Shown piece by piece: positions 60,607 through 64,000 of a stretch of 64,000 nt of DNA. A program made the position numbers and the translations under genes. Origin of the DNA: Arcobacteraceae bacterium (GTDB lineage Bacteria; Campylobacterota; Campylobacteria; Campylobacterales; Arcobacteraceae); contig JBLWVX010000004.1 of NCBI GenBank assembly GCA_048268245.1, positions 1 to 64,000 on the forward strand. The letters run 5' to 3'. Within the stretch, counting starts at the first letter, position 1. Each line of letters opens with the position of its first letter. Below the pieces are notes generated by a model. It did not search any database. It was not told where the DNA came from and saw only the letters and a program-made list of their open reading frames with translations.

Positions 60607-62721
60607 TTAAAAATCACTCTCTTTTAAAAGTGTTGCTAAGACTTTTATATAGGCTTTTTCTATAATACTTTGAGGTTTTGACTTTACCACTAATACACCT
60701 TTTTGCCTATAAGAAAAGCTCTTTTGCAAACTTGTAGGTTTAGCAAAAACTTTATAATAAGCTTTTTGGCTTACTATATTTTCATTTCCATCTTTACTTG
60801 AAGCAATACTTCCTTTATATAAAGAGCTTAACTCTTCAAACTCTATATTTGGCAAAGAGAATGTAGAAATATTTAAAATAATAGTATCCATCTTTTCAAG
60901 GGCATTATCTAACAAAAGTTTGCCTTTTTTACTTTTTTTTATATATGAATAATCCTCTTCTTTGCAATAAGCTATTACCTCAAAAGAGTTTGGATTATAT
61001 ATAGTAAATAAAGGTTGTTTTTTATTTACCCATGTACTTTTTTGTAAGTTTTCATTTAGAGATACTATTCCAGTAAAAGGGGCTTTTATTTGAAGATTTT
61101 TTATATCTTTTCTTAATGACTCTTTTTGCTTCTCAAGTTTTAATAACTGTTCTTCCAAAACAAGCCTATTATCTAAAAGTTTTTTAGCTCCTGCCATACT
61201 ACTTAACCTAAGGTTTAGAAGCTTTATTTTTTTATTTATTTGGCTTAATTCAAAAGTTTTTTTGGGAGATGATAAGATAGCTAAAATTTCCCCTTGTTTT
61301 ACTTCTTTTTGCTCTTTTATATATATTTCTTTGATAAAAGCTTCATTTTTTGCATAAATTTGATTAAATTGTTTTGCTTCTAAAACAGCTGGCATAGAAA
61401 CTTTACTATTCCAAGGATAGATTAAAAAGCCTAAAAATAAAACAAACAAAATAAAACTTGTAATATTTCTCATATTTAAACTCACCTCATTAAACTTTTT
61501 AAACCAAATTTTTAACTCATTATAAATTGGCATTAAAATAAACCAAACAATCTCAACTATAAATAGAATAATACCCAAAACTTTAAATGCAAAGAAATAA
61601 ACAAGCAATGCAATACCTAAAAAAAGAAAAAATCTATATATCCAAGTTGCTATTGCATAAATGATAAAAAACCTTTGTTTATATAAAGGTAAATATTCAG
61701 GAGGATTTATATTCAAACCTAATACATATTTTCTTAAAAACCATCTAGCCATTGCAAAACTTCTTGGCTGTAGATTTTTTGTATTTGTAGCATCACTTAA
61801 AGCATAATAACCATCAAACCTAAGAAAAGGACTTATATTAATAAGTATTGATGTAATCCAACTTGTTGTAGCAATTATAAAAACTATAGTTTTTAAAACT
61901 CCATCAGGTAAAAAAACCCAAAGAAAAGTAGCTATTAAAGCTAAGTATAGCTCTGTTTTTACACCAGCTAAGACTATTTGAAGTCTTTTATACTTTGATT
62001 TTAGTTTCCAAGAATCAGTTGTATCTGTATACATAACAGGAAATAAAACCAAAAAGGCAACACCCATAGTAGGAACTCTTACACCATTTCTTTTTGCTGT
62101 GAAAGCATGACCTAATTCATGCAAAATTTTTACAAAAATGATTGATAAAATATAGTAAAACATACCTTGCATAGAAAAAAGATATGAAAAAGTATTTATA
62201 AACTCTTCATAATTTCTAAGGGCAAATAAAATCCCAATAAATCCTAAAAATAGAACCAAACTCTTATAAAAAGAGCTATAAAAAAAACTAACTTTTGATA
62301 GATTTTTCTCTAAAAACTTATCACTTCTAAATAGTGGTATTTTTATAAAAAGATAGTTTTTTAAAAGCCATTTAAAAGGTGAGTTTTTTATTTTTTTATA
62401 CTCTTCATAAAGTTGCTTTACATCTTTTGAATTATTTGCTTGTAAAAGAGAGTTTTTTCTTAGAAACTCAATAAAAATATCCAAAGAGTTTCCATCAATT
62501 TCATAATCATTTTTTTGTAAAAAATCCAAAAATCTTTCTATTTCTTGATTGTTTTGCCAAAAATTTAAAAGTTTAAAAGCATCATAGGATATATTAAAAT
62601 ATTTATCTTGCAAAGGGTCAAAAATAAGCCAGTTTTTCTCCCCCGTTTCACTAGGCATTGCCTCTAAAAGTTTTAGGTCTTGCCTTAGAGAAGGAAGTAG
62701 TTTTTGCTTATTATTTAGCAT
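60607..62721 (-). CDS. Site-2 protease (M50) fused to a HlyD-type adaptor domain
   Basis: LPSLRQDL/FDP N-terminal domain, HELGH, NISPFLRFDGYY, multiple TM helices, then VKQGEIL, coiled coil, IKAPFTG. Confidence 0.88.
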   Translation of the reverse strand: MLNNKQKLLPSLRQDLKLLEAMPSETGEKNWLIFDPLQDKYFNISYDAFKLLNFWQNNQEIERFLDFLQKNDYEIDGNSLDIFIEFLRKNSLLQANNSKDVKQLYEEYKKIKNSPFKWLLKNYLFIKIPLFRSDKFLEKNLSKVSFFYSSFYKSLVLFLGFIGILFALRNYEEFINTFSYLFSMQGMFYYILSIIFVKILHELGHAFTAKRNGVRVPTMGVAFLVLFPVMYTDTTDSWKLKSKYKRLQIVLAGVKTELYLALIATFLWVFLPDGVLKTIVFIIATTSWITSILINISPFLRFDGYYALSDATNTKNLQPRSFAMARWFLRKYVLGLNINPPEYLPLYKQRFFIIYAIATWIYRFFLFLGIALLVYFFAFKVLGIILFIVEIVWFILMPIYNELKIWFKKFNEVSLNMRNITSFILFVLFLGFLIYPWNSKVSMPAVLEAKQFNQIYAKNEAFIKEIYIKEQKEVKQGEILAILSSPKKTFELSQINKKIKLLNLRLSSMAGAKKLLDNRLVLEEQLLKLEKQKESLRKDIKNLQIKAPFTGIVSLNENLQKSTWVNKKQPLFTIYNPNSFEVIAYCKEEDYSYIKKSKKGKLLLDNALEKMDTIILNISTFSLPNIEFEELSSLYKGSIASSKDGNENIVSQKAYYKVFAKPTSLQKSFSYRQKGVLVVKSKPQSIIEKAYIKVLATLLKESDF

Positions 62722-62724
62722 AAA

Positions 62725-64000
62725 CTACCAACCTATATACTGTCTTAGTGAAGTTATAGGCTTTTTAAATAAATAGAAAAATAGTGTTACTTCTTGTGAA
62801 TATATCTTTGCAGTTCCTCTTAATCCAATATTTGGTATCTCTTGGCTCTTTTCATTTTCAAAAGAGGCTATTATTTCATATGATAAAACATTTTGATTAC
62901 TAAGTTGGGGCTTATAAGAAATATATTTAACCTTTGCATCCCATGAATTTAAAGGGTCATTATCAAAGAAAGCTTTTACTTTTGAATTTTTCTCTATAAA
63001 AATAGCATCACTTACAGATAGCATTATTTTAAGTTCTACACTCTTTTTATCAGCTAAATAAAGAATTTTTTCACCTATAATTACAGGTTTTCCTTTCCAT
63101 TCATTTGGACTATGAACTATTACTATTGCATCTTTTTTTGCATAAATCTTTGTTCTTTCCAACTGCTGCTTTGCATACTCTAAAGCTGTTTTTTTAAGCT
63201 CAACTTGTGTTTTTAACTCTGCAATTTTTCTTTTTTGATTTATATCATAAAAACTTGCTTGAGATGAAGTGTGTAATTGAGCTTTTGCAATATCTAAAGT
63301 TTTTTTAGCTACTTCGTACTCATTTTTATAAAAAGTGTCATCTAAAACTACTAATAATTCACCTTTTTTTACCTCATCATTTGGCTTCACTTCTATTTTC
63401 TTTACTGCTGCTTCCAAAGGTGAAGTTACAATAAAAGGATTTTTTGGTATTACTTCAAGAGGTGCAAGAACTGAAAGTTTAACAGGAATAAACATAACTA
63501 AAACAAGCAGTATAAAAACGTATTTAAAATAGCCACTAAAAAACATTGATTTTTTAATTTTACTTCTAAAACTATTTTTTGTCATCGCATATAAAAAATA
63601 AGCATATGAAGAACTAAGATGAGCTATCACTTCTAAATGTTTCTTTTCATAAGTTTCATCATTTAATAAAATCATATAATACTGTATAGAAGCATCATTT
63701 TTTTCTACTTTTATTGGAATAAAAAGAAGATGTTTATAAGAGTACTCATCTAAAACCTTTTTTTCATAAGTATCTAGTTGTTTTTGCGTATCTATTTCAT
63801 GTAGTGTATCACTATTTTTTAAGGCTTTTGTTGCAATAGACTCTAAAGTTTGTACAAAAATAGAGTTTGTATTTATAGTTGCCACATCTGAAATAGCCTC
63901 TACTTTTAGGTTTTGTTTTGAATCAATACAAAAAAATAAAACTGCTTTATATGGTACTAATTTTCTAGTTTCATTTACAATTGTATATCTTAATTCTTCA
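62725..64000 (-). CDS. HlyD-family periplasmic adaptor with N-terminal GAF-like region, 5'-truncated by the window
   Basis: Frame stays open from 63885 to the window end (EELRYTIVNETRKLVPYKA...); TM helix, VTSPLEA, VKPNDEVKKGELL, GLRGTAKI. Confidence 0.85.
   Translation of the reverse strand, partial: EELRYTIVNETRKLVPYKAVLFFCIDSKQNLKVEAISDVATINTNSIFVQTLESIATKALKNSDTLHEIDTQKQLDTYEKKVLDEYSYKHLLFIPIKVEKNDASIQYYMILLNDETYEKKHLEVIAHLSSSYAYFLYAMTKNSFRSKIKKSMFFSGYFKYVFILLVLVMFIPVKLSVLAPLEVIPKNPFIVTSPLEAAVKKIEVKPNDEVKKGELLVVLDDTFYKNEYEVAKKTLDIAKAQLHTSSQASFYDINQKRKIAELKTQVELKKTALEYAKQQLERTKIYAKKDAIVIVHSPNEWKGKPVIIGEKILYLADKKSVELKIMLSVSDAIFIEKNSKVKAFFDNDPLNSWDAKVKYISYKPQLSNQNVLSYEIIASFENEKSQEIPNIGLRGTAKIYSQEVTLFFYLFKKPITSLRQYIGW

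Noticed and set aside
8364..63532. Many short ORFs antisense or out of frame to long genes (e.g. 8364-8564, 12788-13174, 14870-15163, 28228-28611, 40645-40923, 45353-45811, 63335-63532)
   Set aside because: Shadows of well-supported genes; no SD or recognisable motifs

Overview
AT-rich chromosomal window from a Campylobacterota bacterium; gene content and order suggest Arcobacteraceae (inference, no database search run). Most of it is core genome: tRNA-Pro, thiG, cutA, nnr, tsaD, dxr, cdsA, thrS-infC-rpmI-rplT, mobA, leuC, lspA, glmM, rpsT, prfA, a complete pst/pho locus, rplM-rpsI, a four-subunit pyruvate oxidoreductase, tctCBA with a two-component system, and luxS. Accessory modules: (i) two Tat-exported SQR-like flavoproteins plus a three-rhodanese lipoprotein; (ii) an EAL-GGDEF gene between pstS and pstC, with identical GTAACC-N5-GTAACC boxes before pstS and pstC; (iii) a defence islet with a Septu-like ATPase/HNH pair and a three-gene HipBST-like module; (iv) a YbdK-type ligase + cytoplasmic gamma-glutamyltransferase pair, divergent from a Kunitz/BPTI lipoprotein; (v) at the right edge, part of an export operon with an M50 peptidase-adaptor fusion. 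Unannotated non-coding structures include two candidate sRNAs with C/U-rich anti-Shine-Dalgarno loops flanking the tct/TCS locus, a three-way-junction candidate L20 leader, a long hairpin after pstS and a duplicated operator before hipB. No CRISPR array, rRNA, integrase or transposase was seen.
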